Below, piece by piece: positions 1-10,239 of a stretch of DNA of 64,000 nt. The notes under the pieces are model-generated. The model worked only from the letters and a program-made list of their open reading frames with translations. It was not told the origin of the DNA and ran no database searches. Each line of letters opens with the position of its first letter. Position 1 is the first letter of the stretch. The translations under genes were made by a program, and so were the position numbers. Source of the DNA: a virus; the IMG/VR virus record IMGVR_UViG_3300030380_006185, positions 1 to 64,000 of that record; one strand, written 5' to 3'.

Positions 1-3000
1 CTGTTGCAGATGAGCTTCCTGTATCAGCACTTCCTGTATCAGCACTTCCTGTATCAGCACTTCCTGTATCAGCACTTCCTGTATCAGCACTTCCTGAATC
101 TGGAGCTGGTGCAGTAGATGATCTTTGTTCAGATGATCCACTTCCACTACCGTACGCTATTTCATCAGAATGTTTTACAGCATAGATAACATGAGAATCG
201 CTTACATTACCAGTATACAGTAATTTTACAGCTCCTACAGCTACACCTTCTCCAGGTAAGCTATCTAAGTCAGTGTAAGCTACAGCCTCTTGCCAGTCTA
301 CCCCTTCAGTAAGAAGTTGACCATTTAAAAAGACTTGTACTGTACCTTGTTTAAATCCAGTTAAACAAGCTTGAGAATATAAACCTATTAGATCACCATT
401 ACCATTAGCTACTGTATTTACAGAGATTGATTGTAAATGGTTATCTTCTAGTCTATCCAAGTGGTTACTTACTTCACTAAATGAATCTAAAGCTGTTACA
501 TCTGTGTTAGAGATTATATCAGTGATTTTACCATCTAATTCAGCATCAGCAGCAGCAAATTCTGAACGGATAGCAGCTCTATCAGCTGTAGCAGCAGCAT
601 TAGCAGCAAGATCAGCAGCAGCAAATTCTGAACGAACCGCATCTCTATCAACTTTAGCTGATTGGAATGCAGTATCAGCATCAGCTTCATTTTGATTAAC
701 GTCAGCTTGTAATGCAGCGATTACATTATCATGAACAACTTTTTCATTTTCTTGCTTTAATTCTTGTGCATCTAGTGCAGCTTGAATAGCAGCTTCAGCA
801 GCTAATGCTCTAGTTTCTTCAGCAGAGATTGCAGCATCAGCGTCACTTTCGTTTTTATCAACGTCAGCTTGTAATGCAGCGATTGCAGCATCAGCATCAG
901 CTTCATTTTGATCAACGTCAGCTTGTAATGCAGCGATTGCAGCATCAGCATCACTTTCGTTTTGATCAACGTCAGCTTGGACAGCAGCTACAGCAGCATT
1001 GTTAGACAATACATAAGCAGCAAATGCATCATCATTCTCAGTATCAACAGAGTTGATTAAAGTAACGATTTCAGCAAAGCTATCTTTGTCAGCATCAGAA
1101 GCGTCTAAAATTGCATCAACTCTTGCTTCTTCAGTTGCCATTCTTGCAGCAAAAGATGAAGAGTTAGCAGTATCAGCAGCAGCGAATTCTGAACGGATTG
1201 CAGCTCTATCAGTAGTAGCTGAAACAAAATCAGCGTCTGTAGCAGCAATTTCAGCAGCTAATGCAGCATCGTTAGATGTTTCATAAGCAGCTAAATCACT
1301 AGCAACATTTGCTGTTTCAGTAGCAGCAGTTGAAGCATTAAAAGCCATTGTAGACTCAATAGATTGAGAAAGTGCAGTTCTTGCAGCAGTAGCTGAAGCA
1401 AAATCAGCGTCTGTAGCAGCAACTTCAGCAGCAAGTGCAGCGTCATTAGAAACTTTATAAGCATCTAAATCAGATTGAAGTGCTGTATCAGCAGCAGCAA
1501 ATTCTGAACGAATCGCAGCTCTATCAGTATCAGCATTAGATTTATCAGAAGCTTGTTTAGCAACTTGAGCAGCTAATGCAGCATCGTTAGATGTTTCATA
1601 AGAAGCTAAATCACTAGCAACTAAAGCAGTTGCAGCATCTTGTTCGGATTGTTTAGTATCAACTAAAGCTTTTGCATCTACAATTGCTTGGTCAGCAGCA
1701 GCTTTTGCAGCAGCGATTTCAGAATCTCTTGTAGATTCGTCAGCAGCCTGTTTAGCAACTTGAGCAGCTAATGCAGCATCGTTAGATGTTTCATAAGCAG
1801 CTAAATCACTAGCAACTTGAGAAGTTGCAGCATCTTGTTCAGCTTGTTTAGTATCAACTAATGCTTTAGCGTCAACAATCGCTTGATCAGCAGCAGCTTT
1901 AGCAGTAGCAATTGCAGTATCTCTTGCAGATTCATCAGCAGCTTGTTTAGCAACTTGAGCAGCTAATGCAGCATCGTTAGAAACTTCGTAAGCAGCAGAT
2001 TTAGATACTTCTGTTGCAAGTGCAGCATCGTTAGATAATACATAAGAAGCAAATGCATTGTCGTTCTCAGTATCAACAGCGTTGATTAATGTTACGATTT
2101 CAGCAAAGCTATCTTTATCAGCATCAGAGGCAGCTAAGATTGCGTCAACTCTTGCTTCTTCAGTTGCCATTCTTGTAGCAACAGAAGATGAAAGTGCGCT
2201 ATCAGCAGCAGCGAATTCTGAACGAATTGCAGCTCTATCATTAGTAGCTGAAGTGAAATCAGCATCTGTAGATGCAATTTCAGCAGCTAATGCAGCATCA
2301 TTAGAAACTTCGTAAGCAGCTAAATCACTAGCAACTAAAGCAGTTGCAGCATCTTGTTCAGCTTGCTTGGTGTCAACTAATGCTTTAGCATCAACGATAG
2401 CTTGATCAGCAGCAGCTTTTGCAGCAGCAATTTCAGAATCTCTTGTAGATTCATCAGAAGCTTGTTTAGCAACTTGTGCAGCAAGTGCAGCATCGTTAGA
2501 TGTTTCATAAGCAGCTAAATCACTAGCAACATTTGCTGTTGCAGTATCTTGTGCTGTTTGTTTAGCATCAACCAGCGCTTTTGCGTCAATAATTGCTTGG
2601 TCAGCAGCAGCTTTTGCAGCAGCAATTTCAGAATCTCTTGTAGATTCGTCAGCAGCTTGTTTAGCGACTTGTGCAGCTAAGTTATTTGTTAAAATTGTAT
2701 CAGCAGCTTCATAAGCAACTTTTGCAGCATCATCAGCAGCAATTCTTGCAGCAGTTTCAGCAGCATCATCAGCAGCTTGTTTAGCAACTTGAGCAGCTAA
2801 TGCAGCATCATTTGATAATACATAAGAAGCAAATGCAGCATCGTTTTCAGTATCAACAGCGTTGATTAATGTTACGATTTCAGCGAATGAATCTTTATCA
2901 GCAATTGAAGCACTTAAAATTGCATCAACTCTTGCTTCTTCAGTTGCCATCCTTGCTCCAAATGAGCTAGATAGTGCTGTATCAGCAGCAGCGAATTCAT

Positions 3001-4276
3001 TTCTAATTGCAGTTCTGTCAGTTGTAGCTAAAACAAAATCAGCATCTGTAGCAGCGATTTCAGCAGCTAATGCAGCATCGTTAGAAACTTCGTAAGCAGC
3101 TAAATCACTAGCAACATTTGCTGTTGCAGTATCTTGTGCTGTTTGTTTAGCATCAACTAATGCTTTAGCATCAACGATAGCTTGATCAGCAGCAGCTTTT
3201 GCAGCAGCAATTTCAGAATCTCTTGTAGATTCGTTAGATGCCATTTCAGTTCTAATTAATGCTCTGTCAGTTGTAGCAGCAGCATCATCAGCAACTTGTT
3301 TAGCTTCTTGAGTATCTAATGCAGATTGAATACCAGCTTCAGCAGCTAATGCTCTAGTTTCTTCAGCAGCGATAGCAGCATCAGCATCAACTTCGTTTTG
3401 ATCAACATCAGCTTGAAGTGCAGCAATAGCAGCATCAGCATCAGCTTCATTACCATCTACATCAGCTTGAAGTGCAGCAATAGCAGCATCAGCATCAGCT
3501 TCGTTTTGATTAACATCAGATTGTAATGCAGCAACAGCAGCATCGTTAGATAATACGTAAGCACCAAATACATTATCATTTTCTGTATCAACAGAATTGA
3601 TTAATGTTACGATCTCAGCAAAGCTATCTTTATCAGCATCAGCAGCTAATAATACAGCGTCCATTCTAGCTTCATCAGCCGCTAATCTAGTAGCAACAGA
3701 AGATGAAAGTGCGCTATCAGCAGCAGCAAATTCTGAACGAATCGCAGTTCTATCAGTATCAGCAGCAACCTTTTCAGATTCTTGCTTGGCTTCTTGTACA
3801 TCTAATGCAGATTGAATTGCAGCTTCAGCAGCTTCAGCTCTTGCTTTCTCAGTTGCATCAGCAGCAGCAAATTCTGAACGGATTAATGCTCTATCAGAAT
3901 CAGCAGCAACCTTTTCAGATTCTTGCTTGGCTTCTTGAGTATCTAAATCCGCTTGAATAGCAGCATCAGCAGCTTCATAAGCAACCTTTGTAGCATCATC
4001 AGCAGCTTTAAATTCTGAACGGATAGCAGCTCTATCAGTGTCAGCAGCAACCTTTTCAGATTCTTGCTTAGCTTCTTGAGTATCCAATGCAGATTGAAGA
4101 CCAGCTTCGGCAGCTTCAGCTCTTGATTTTTCAGTAGCATCAGCAGTACTTAAGTTAGCCAAATCATCTACTAATCCAGGTAAGTCATTTTTTACAATAC
4201 CTGAAGGTTCAACGATTGTGGCGTTGTTTAGTATTTTATCGGATTGTTTATCCAATACTATTTTTGTATTTGCCAT
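1..4276 (-). CDS. Giant Ala-rich coiled-coil fibre/whisker-like virion protein (at least 1425 aa, 3'-partial; absent from ORF track)
   Basis: ATG at 4276 (MANTKIVLDKQSDKILNNATIVEPSG...); the same frame reads sensibly at the window's left edge (...APDSGSADTGSADT...SSSAT); internal repeats such as RIDAILxASDADKDSFAEIVTLINxVDTEND; a VQVFLNGQLLTEGVDW domain after the coil. Confidence 0.85.
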   Translation of the reverse strand, partial: MANTKIVLDKQSDKILNNATIVEPSGIVKNDLPGLVDDLANLSTADATEKSRAEAAEAGLQSALDTQEAKQESEKVAADTDRAAIRSEFKAADDATKVAYEAADAAIQADLDTQEAKQESEKVAADSDRALIRSEFAAADATEKARAEAAEAAIQSALDVQEAKQESEKVAADTDRTAIRSEFAAADSALSSSVATRLAADEARMDAVLLAADADKDSFAEIVTLINSVDTENDNVFGAYVLSNDAAVAALQSDVNQNEADADAAIAALQADVDGNEADADAAIAALQADVDQNEVDADAAIAAEETRALAAEAGIQSALDTQEAKQVADDAAATTDRALIRTEMASNESTRDSEIAAAKAAADQAIVDAKALVDAKQTAQDTATANVASDLAAYEVSNDAALAAEIAATDADFVLATTDRTAIRNEFAAADTALSSSFGARMATEEARVDAILSASIADKDSFAEIVTLINAVDTENDAAFASYVLSNDAALAAQVAKQAADDAAETAARIAADDAAKVAYEAADTILTNNLAAQVAKQAADESTRDSEIAAAKAAADQAIIDAKALVDAKQTAQDTATANVASDLAAYETSNDAALAAQVAKQASDESTRDSEIAAAKAAADQAIVDAKALVDTKQAEQDAATALVASDLAAYEVSNDAALAAEIASTDADFTSATNDRAAIRSEFAAADSALSSSVATRMATEEARVDAILAASDADKDSFAEIVTLINAVDTENDNAFASYVLSNDAALATEVSKSAAYEVSNDAALAAQVAKQAADESARDTAIATAKAAADQAIVDAKALVDTKQAEQDAATSQVASDLAAYETSNDAALAAQVAKQAADESTRDSEIAAAKAAADQAIVDAKALVDTKQSEQDAATALVASDLASYETSNDAALAAQVAKQASDKSNADTDRAAIRSEFAAADTALQSDLDAYKVSNDAALAAEVAATDADFASATAARTALSQSIESTMAFNASTAATETANVASDLAAYETSNDAALAAEIAATDADFVSATTDRAAIRSEFAAADTANSSSFAARMATEEARVDAILDASDADKDSFAEIVTLINSVDTENDDAFAAYVLSNNAAVAAVQADVDQNESDADAAIAALQADVDQNEADADAAIAALQADVDKNESDADAAISAEETRALAAEAAIQAALDAQELKQENEKVVHDNVIAALQADVNQNEADADTAFQSAKVDRDAVRSEFAAADLAANAAATADRAAIRSEFAAADAELDGKITDIISNTDVTALDSFSEVSNHLDRLEDNHLQSISVNTVANGNGDLIGLYSQACLTGFKQGTVQVFLNGQLLTEGVDWQEAVAYTDLDSLPGEGVAVGAVKLLYTGNVSDSHVIYAVKHSDEIAYGSGSGSSEQRSSTAPAPDSGSADTGSADTGSADTGSADTGSADTGSSSAT
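15..96. repeat. 15-bp tandem repeat (cttcctgtatcagca x5 plus partial) encoding (GSADT)n linker
   Basis: Perfect copies start at 15, 30, 45, 60 and 75. Confidence 0.95.
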
Positions 4277-4374
4277 ATAGGTTAAAATTTAAAAGTTAAA
4301 AAAAAAATAAGGTGAACCCGTGCATTACTATATCAAAAATAGATATAAAACTTTATTAAAAAAATAATAAAATT

Positions 4375-4608
4375 TTATCTATTAAATAATAGATTTTTAA
4401 GGTTCTTTATGGCGTTTGTAAATGCCAAAGGTTCGCATGAACCCATTTCTGTTAAATACTCATCTACATGGGATAGTAAATCGGGACTTGAGGGGAATAT
4501 AAAAGTAGATTTTTTAGATTGTTTTTCTACTTTGAATTTGTGTCCCTTGATCTTAAGGTAGGCTGTTAAATATAAATCGGAGGTTGAATATGAATTTTCA
4601 GTACTCAT
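4375..4608 (-). CDS. Small protein, DUF5659-like
   Basis: TSDLYLTAYL..KG N-terminal motif and C-terminal AIKNLKNLL helix. Confidence 0.6.
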   Translation of the reverse strand: MSTENSYSTSDLYLTAYLKIKGHKFKVEKQSKKSTFIFPSSPDLLSHVDEYLTEMGSCEPLAFTNAIKNLKNLLFNR

Positions 4609-4694
4609 CTAAATAATTTGTTTTTCAATAATACATATAAAACTTTTTTTTAAAATTATAGAAAGAAAAATAAAAAGAAAAAATGTTTTTTTTT

Positions 4695-5144
4695 CTATGC
4701 GGTATAATAATAAGTGCACCTAATTTTAAAATCTTCTTCAGGAGGAGTAAGAAAAGTAATATTAGAGTTAGATATAATATAATCATTTTCAACCCCACTT
4801 TCTTGCAATAATCCATTTAAGTATATATGTTCACTTCCTTCTATTGGAGTATGAGATAAAGTAAAAGAACTATTAACACCATCAATATTTCCAGTTGGTA
4901 TTTCTTTATCTGAAAATATTTGTGTAGGGGTTGATGTAAGTTCGTTTATTAAATTTGAGTTTGTTAGTATATCATTTTGTAATGATTCTAAATTACTATT
5001 TACACCATTTTCAAATGTTGTGTCGGATTTTTGAATATTAAAAATATCTGGGGTAGAATCTTTAAAAACTGTGGTATTTCGTTTTTTAGAAGTGTTTTTA
5101 AAGTTTCGAGTAATAGCCTCAACTGTAGTAAAAGAAGTAGCCAT
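4695..5144 (-). CDS. Virion structural protein with fibre-associated beta domain
   Basis: GNIDGVNSSFTL...IYLNGLLQ...DY...ITF..PP motif typical of phage fibre/neck modules. Confidence 0.55.
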   Translation of the reverse strand: MATSFTTVEAITRNFKNTSKKRNTTVFKDSTPDIFNIQKSDTTFENGVNSNLESLQNDILTNSNLINELTSTPTQIFSDKEIPTGNIDGVNSSFTLSHTPIEGSEHIYLNGLLQESGVENDYIISNSNITFLTPPEEDFKIRCTYYYTA

Positions 5145-5146
5145 AA

Positions 5147-5656
5147 TTATAATCTTTCTTTTGTGATTTGTACTTTATCTGCAGGTGTATAATGAGTTGT
5201 ACAGATTATAGAAATATTAGAACCGAAATCTTCTAATCCTGGGTTTAAGGGGTTTTGGCTATATGGGTATCTTGGATCTTTACCTACAAATAATTGATTA
5301 TCTTTAACACTATCTACTTCAAAATAAGCTTCATAATACATAATAATATCTCCAGGTTCCATTATTACACTAGCATCAACTAAATCATCTCTAAAGAATC
5401 TAAATTCTACATCCCTTGTATAATCAACACCCATATCACTAGAGTTATAAGTTTGGTCACCTCTTTCAAGTAAAACATTTAATAGTACAGGTTCTTGATA
5501 GTATTTAGCCCCTGAAGATTCACCATAAATATTTACTCTAGTTTCTTCTATATTTAATTTGTACACAGCACATTGTTGGGTAACTATATCACCCATTAAT
5601 TCTCGATTAATGTTTCTAATTAAAGAAACGTCACGTTGTGTACCAAATAATGCCAT
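5147..5656 (-). CDS. Head closure/neck protein (T4 gp14-like)
   Basis: NIYGES and EPGDII..YFEV motifs; directly after gp13-like gene. Confidence 0.65.
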   Translation of the reverse strand: MALFGTQRDVSLIRNINRELMGDIVTQQCAVYKLNIEETRVNIYGESSGAKYYQEPVLLNVLLERGDQTYNSSDMGVDYTRDVEFRFFRDDLVDASVIMEPGDIIMYYEAYFEVDSVKDNQLFVGKDPRYPYSQNPLNPGLEDFGSNISIICTTHYTPADKVQITKERL

Positions 5657-5657
5657 A

Positions 5658-6812
5658 TTATCCTATAAAAATTGTCATAGGGGATTTCCCTAAAGTTTTG
5701 TTTTGTGCTTCTCCTTCTTCTGCTTTCTTTTCAAGTAAAGTTTTACGTGATGTTGTATCAAAATAAGCCCTTAGCCTTTCTATTAATGCTCCCTTTTCAG
5801 ATGTTGCAGCAGAAATTAAATCTGATTGGTTTAAGGTTACATCAGAGCCTGGGATGGGGATTGTAGAATATTTTCCTCTAACATATCCTAAAATTTCTTT
5901 TACAATTGCTAAACCGTATTCAAATATCCATTGTCTACCAACTGAGTTAATGCGTGTATAATTAGGATTTTCATATGGTACATTAGAAGCGTTGGTTACA
6001 ATTTCTCTACCATCTCTATCATAATAAGGTTGATTTGTTTCTTCTAATTTAACATAATGAAATGATAAATAAGTTATAGCAGTATCATTTGGGATTGGGA
6101 AAATACGTAATTTATTATTAACTAGTTCAAATGTATATTGGGATTTTCTGATTTGGTCATTCAGTTCAATTGCTTGAATTTTTTGTAAATCATAATTCAT
6201 AGGCATTAACATAAAATTAATAGCGGGGGAAAATGCACCCCAACCAAATGATTCCATCATTTGTTGCATACCAACTCCTGTCCCAGCATATGGATCAAAA
6301 TATCTTGTAATTGCGGGTGGAGATTCATAAAATATTCTTTTTAATTCTATTCTTCCTTCAATACTTTCTGAGGTAGCCCATTCATTCATATCGTATTCTT
6401 GTTGTCCTTTAACAAGTGGAAGAGAACCAGTATAATAAGTTACATTACCACCTACTCCAGCTTCTGTTCCATATTGGTTTGATAATCTAACTATTTCAGA
6501 TAAATTTTCTTGTGGTAATTCTTCATTTGCAGGACCAATAGAAGATGTAGCTCCTTGAAATGTTAATAAGTTATCTGCTACTTGGTAAGCATACAATTCA
6601 TTTCCATAAGTTGTAATAGCTTCTTCAAACGCAGTATAAAAATTTAAATCTTGTAATTCAACTTCTACAAGTGGGTAACCTAAACGTTGAGCTGCAAATC
6701 TAGCAAATTTATCAGTATCTTGTTGGAACTGAAAATCATTATCATAAAATCCAAAAGGTGTATCACCTGGAGAGAAGCTACTTGAGCCAGGCCATATTGG
6801 TATATTTGCCAT
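5658..6812 (-). CDS. Head-tail adaptor/neck protein (T4 gp13-like)
   Basis: RLGYPLVEVEL, WIFEYGLAIVKEILG.VRGKY..IP.PG..VTLN, C-terminal PM.IFIG. Confidence 0.8.
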   Translation of the reverse strand: MANIPIWPGSSSFSPGDTPFGFYDNDFQFQQDTDKFARFAAQRLGYPLVEVELQDLNFYTAFEEAITTYGNELYAYQVADNLLTFQGATSSIGPANEELPQENLSEIVRLSNQYGTEAGVGGNVTYYTGSLPLVKGQQEYDMNEWATSESIEGRIELKRIFYESPPAITRYFDPYAGTGVGMQQMMESFGWGAFSPAINFMLMPMNYDLQKIQAIELNDQIRKSQYTFELVNNKLRIFPIPNDTAITYLSFHYVKLEETNQPYYDRDGREIVTNASNVPYENPNYTRINSVGRQWIFEYGLAIVKEILGYVRGKYSTIPIPGSDVTLNQSDLISAATSEKGALIERLRAYFDTTSRKTLLEKKAEEGEAQNKTLGKSPMTIFIG

Positions 6813-6825
6813 ATTAATATTTTGT

Positions 6826-6833
6826 TATAAATA
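6826..6833 (-). promoter_or_regulatory. Late promoter motif TATTTATA
   Basis: 13 nt upstream of gp13-like start. Confidence 0.7.
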
Positions 6834-6857
6834 TTATAAAAAATAATTTAGGTATTT

Positions 6858-7400
6858 TTATCCTAAAGTAGATGTATTATATTGGACTTTTAATTTAATA
6901 TCCCCATCACCATCTATAAAAGTCCCATTTCGAATTTTAAATGTTACAGCAGTAGCTTCAGGATTTACACCTTCAACAAACCCTACAACTTTATCTATGG
7001 ATTCAGTAGGTACAATTCCTGCTGATCCAGCTACTGTAGAATTTGGGAATATAAGACCTCCTGTTCCTACAAAACGACCACTTCCAGTAGCTACATAAGG
7101 AACAGAACCAAAATCATACTCTAATATTGCTTTAAATTCATAATATTGAGATGAAGATGGAGCAGGGAGGACTATAATTTCATCTGAAGCTAAAATGTTT
7201 GAGGAAGAAAAAGTAACATCTATAGAATTATTATAAGATGAACCTGCAGGGCCTTGTGGTCCTGTTAATATTTCAACAACATTAGTAGTAGGTTGTGTTA
7301 CAGTAATATTATTCTCAGTAGTTGTTACTACATTAATTTTATTTTCTGTTATAGTAGGGTTTACTTGTGGGTTTTGAGATGAAATATTTATACTACTCAT
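6858..7400 (-). CDS. Putative virion structural protein
   Basis: S/T/V-rich with a short GPQGPAG collagen-like stretch; structural context. Confidence 0.5.
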   Translation of the reverse strand: MSSINISSQNPQVNPTITENKINVVTTTENNITVTQPTTNVVEILTGPQGPAGSSYNNSIDVTFSSSNILASDEIIVLPAPSSSQYYEFKAILEYDFGSVPYVATGSGRFVGTGGLIFPNSTVAGSAGIVPTESIDKVVGFVEGVNPEATAVTFKIRNGTFIDGDGDIKLKVQYNTSTLG

Positions 7401-7402
7401 AT

Positions 7403-7801
7403 TTATGTAGTTACTTGTTTGCTTAATTGAACTTTACCTTCTAATAATCTTACTGTGTAGGGGCAATCACCACTACCAGAATATATTTCTAAATCATATA
7501 TAGCTTCATTAAAAGTTAAAGCTGAACTAGTACATGCTGCAATATAAATACCAATTGAACCTGATACGGGTGAGGTTGTACCATTTGAACCACTAAAATT
7601 AAGACCTGTACCATCAGAGTTTAATGAAGATGAAAGTGTTAAATATAATTCACCACTATCTTGAGCATATGTAGATCTAATTTGGAGTCTACCTGAATAA
7701 TTGGTTAAGTCGATTGGGTTGTTATTTGAATCTTTATATTGGATTTCAAAATTTGTAGTAGCACCTTGTTCTATTGTAAAAGAGTATCTTCCTGCAGGCA
7801 T
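7403..7801 (-). CDS. Virion structural protein (Ig-like fibre connector type)
   Basis: IEQGAT...PIDLTNY.GRLQIR...YDLEI...RLLEGKV motif. Confidence 0.6.
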   Translation of the reverse strand: MPAGRYSFTIEQGATTNFEIQYKDSNNNPIDLTNYSGRLQIRSTYAQDSGELYLTLSSSLNSDGTGLNFSGSNGTTSPVSGSIGIYIAACTSSALTFNEAIYDLEIYSGSGDCPYTVRLLEGKVQLSKQVTT

Positions 7802-7810
7802 AATTTTTAT

Positions 7811-7818
7811 TATAAATA
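7811..7818 (-). promoter_or_regulatory. Late promoter motif TATTTATA
   Basis: Just upstream of ATG 7801. Confidence 0.7.
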
Positions 7819-8481
7819 TTACATTCCACTCAACATTTCAAATACTTCATCAATTGCGGGGTGTCTATGGTTATCTTGAAGGACTTTTTTGTAAACATAT
7901 CCAGAATCTGATATTTTTGCCATATCATGGATTGCTGAGTAGTTTTTATCTTTTAAATCTATTTGTTGATTATCACCACAAAATATCATTGTAGATCCTT
8001 TACCTAATCTACCTAAAGCCATCACTAATTGAGAACGAGTTAGGTTTTGGAATTCATCTACTATTACTACAGAATTTTCAAATGTTCTACCTCTAAAATG
8101 AGCTAAAGAAACTAATTCAATAGATTCGTCTGTTTCCATTTTTTCTAAAATTTGAGGTTTATTATAAACTTTTCTCATATTAGAACGAATAGGTACTAAC
8201 CATGGTTCCATTTTTTCTTTTTCAGATCCTGGAAGGAATCCATTGTCTTCAGTTGAAATAGTAGGGCGTGTTATAATGATTTTATTTATCATTCTTTTAA
8301 AAAACATATCTAAAGCTATTTGACATGCTAACATTGTTTTACCACTACCTGCTTTACCTACTATAAAATTGTAGGGGTGGTGTAATATTGCTTGTTTAGC
8401 TGATTTTTGTTCTTCAGAAAGTGTAATTGAGAACTTAATTGGACCTTTAGGTGGTTTTTTGTCCGTATTGGGTGTGGCCAT
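7819..8481 (-). CDS. phoH: PhoH-family ATPase
   Basis: GKAGSGKT, ITRP, GFLPG, FRGRTF, DEFQN, RLG, GD..QIDL, RHP. Confidence 0.95.
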   Translation of the reverse strand: MATPNTDKKPPKGPIKFSITLSEEQKSAKQAILHHPYNFIVGKAGSGKTMLACQIALDMFFKRMINKIIITRPTISTEDNGFLPGSEKEKMEPWLVPIRSNMRKVYNKPQILEKMETDESIELVSLAHFRGRTFENSVVIVDEFQNLTRSQLVMALGRLGKGSTMIFCGDNQQIDLKDKNYSAIHDMAKISDSGYVYKKVLQDNHRHPAIDEVFEMLSGM

Positions 8482-8507
8482 ATTATAACATTTATTTATA
8501 CATATAC

Positions 8508-8533
8508 AAAAAAAGCCTGGCTTTCGCCAGGCT
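8508..8533 (-). terminator. Intrinsic terminator after major capsid gene
   Basis: AGCCTGGC-GAAA-GCCAGGCT followed by a T run. Confidence 0.9.
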
Positions 8534-8557
8534 AATTTAATCTTTATAATTTATTTC

Positions 8558-10213
8558 TTATACAGAAGCTAAATCACTTACAAAGATACGTCCGAAGAAT
8601 TCAGGTCGAATCATCTTCTTAGCGTAACGAGTCAAGAGACCTTTACGTGGTGTAAATGTATCTGGATCGTACACTAGTGGAGTCATAATTAATGGAACGT
8701 ATGGGGCAAATACTGCTCCTGTTTCCAAGAATTGTGAACCTCTGTATCCCATTAAAATAACATTCTCAGTCATATATGGGTTTTTATAAACAGTGTAACG
8801 GTTGTTCAAGTTACCTGATTTTTGGATACCAAATGCGTAAGACGCTTTTGAAGCATCACCATCAGATGTTGAAGCAAATCCTGGGATTGATTCAAGAACT
8901 GTAGCAACTGATGGAGAACATACTAACCAGTTAGCACCACCTCTAAGGGTCTTTTGGTGAATCTTGTTAGATACTTTCTGCATTTTAGTTCCTAAAGTTT
9001 GGAACCATTGTCCTTGTGTGTTGAAGAATCCTAAATCATCATATCCTGTTTTAGCAGCATTTAAAGATTTATTTGATACAGCGCTCCAGTGCTCATCAGC
9101 AGCAGAAGCATCTTGAATTAACATATCCAAGTTTTCCAAATCAATTTCTAATGAAATATATTCACTCATGATTGAAGTTAATTCCGCTTCAGCATCCAAA
9201 GATTGGTAAGCGTTCAAATCTTGAGCAAATTCTGGTGTCCATTGTGCTTTCAACTTACGTGTTTTAGCAACAATAGCCTCAGATTTCATTTTGATATCAA
9301 TTTGAGGGATAGCTAATTCATCTGCAGATGTTGAACTTGCGTTAGCAAATCCAGCTCCACTAGCATCTTCAAAATCACCTCTATTATTATCAGTTGGTTG
9401 TTGGTTATACAATGCAGTTACTGTAGCACCATCTAAAGGCACAGTACCTGTAGCATCCATTACAAAAGTAATGAGCTTATCAGCTGATGACTCATCAACA
9501 GAAGTATATTGTGGTAAAATAGCTGCTTCTGAACCATTTATAGAGAATGCTCTAACACCTTTAAAGTCAGCTCTTGGTAAATCAGAACCTGAAATAATTA
9601 CAGATTTAAGGTTACCACCAGCAGCTATAGAAGCTGAAAGTTCAGCATCATAATTAACCATAGTCCATTCAGCATCATCTACTGTAGCAGTTGATGAAGC
9701 AGAGAATTGGTTGATTGTGTAACCAAATCTACCAGCACCATAAAGACCACCTGATGGGTCAGCATCTGCGCCTGGATCTGTGTTACCATACATTGAAGCA
9801 GGTGAAGTATAAGCATCTCCAGCTGGTCCAAAGTTTATTTGCTTGTCTTGTCCATATTGGAAATCAAGGAAAAATACAAGACCTGAAGGTAGATTCATTG
9901 GTTGAACAGACATGAATTCTTTAGTTGATAAAGAACCAAATACTTTTCTTACCAATGGAAGAGCTACACCAGCCCATTGCTCACCTTGTCCAACTGAAAA
10001 AGTACCACCACCTTGGTTGGTAGCAGAAGCTTCAGTTACAAGCTGTTTAGCTTGGTTTTCGAGGATCATCGCCATATTGTTTTTTTCAATCTCGTTTCCA
10101 AGACCTTCTAACAATCCGGTTTTACCCCATTTTGATGCCATTTTAGCAGCATCGCTCTGCAAGTTTTTATAACTGTTTGCAGAGTTTTCGAGTAATGAAT
10201 TAATTGTTGACAT
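8558..10213 (-). CDS. gp23: Major capsid protein (T4 gp23 family)
   Basis: KWGKTGLLEG, ILENQ, PLVRKVF, VQPM..PSGLVFFL, AKTRKLKAQWT.E.AQDL, FAPYVPL, FTPRKGLLTRY. Confidence 0.97.
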   Translation of the reverse strand: MSTINSLLENSANSYKNLQSDAAKMASKWGKTGLLEGLGNEIEKNNMAMILENQAKQLVTEASATNQGGGTFSVGQGEQWAGVALPLVRKVFGSLSTKEFMSVQPMNLPSGLVFFLDFQYGQDKQINFGPAGDAYTSPASMYGNTDPGADADPSGGLYGAGRFGYTINQFSASSTATVDDAEWTMVNYDAELSASIAAGGNLKSVIISGSDLPRADFKGVRAFSINGSEAAILPQYTSVDESSADKLITFVMDATGTVPLDGATVTALYNQQPTDNNRGDFEDASGAGFANASSTSADELAIPQIDIKMKSEAIVAKTRKLKAQWTPEFAQDLNAYQSLDAEAELTSIMSEYISLEIDLENLDMLIQDASAADEHWSAVSNKSLNAAKTGYDDLGFFNTQGQWFQTLGTKMQKVSNKIHQKTLRGGANWLVCSPSVATVLESIPGFASTSDGDASKASYAFGIQKSGNLNNRYTVYKNPYMTENVILMGYRGSQFLETGAVFAPYVPLIMTPLVYDPDTFTPRKGLLTRYAKKMIRPEFFGRIFVSDLASV

Positions 10214-10239
10214 TTGTTTAAGTTTTTGTCGTTTTTAAA

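Noticed and set aside
504-4140. Short ORFs in the track (504-695, 1053-1286, 2058-2315, 2862-3095, 3597-3815, 3703-3960 on +; 3943-4140 on -)
   Set aside because: Antisense or off-frame shadows of the repetitive Ala-rich minus-strand gene
4625-4816. 63-aa minus-strand ORF
   Set aside because: Out-of-frame overlap with 4695-5144, ending in homopolymer tracts
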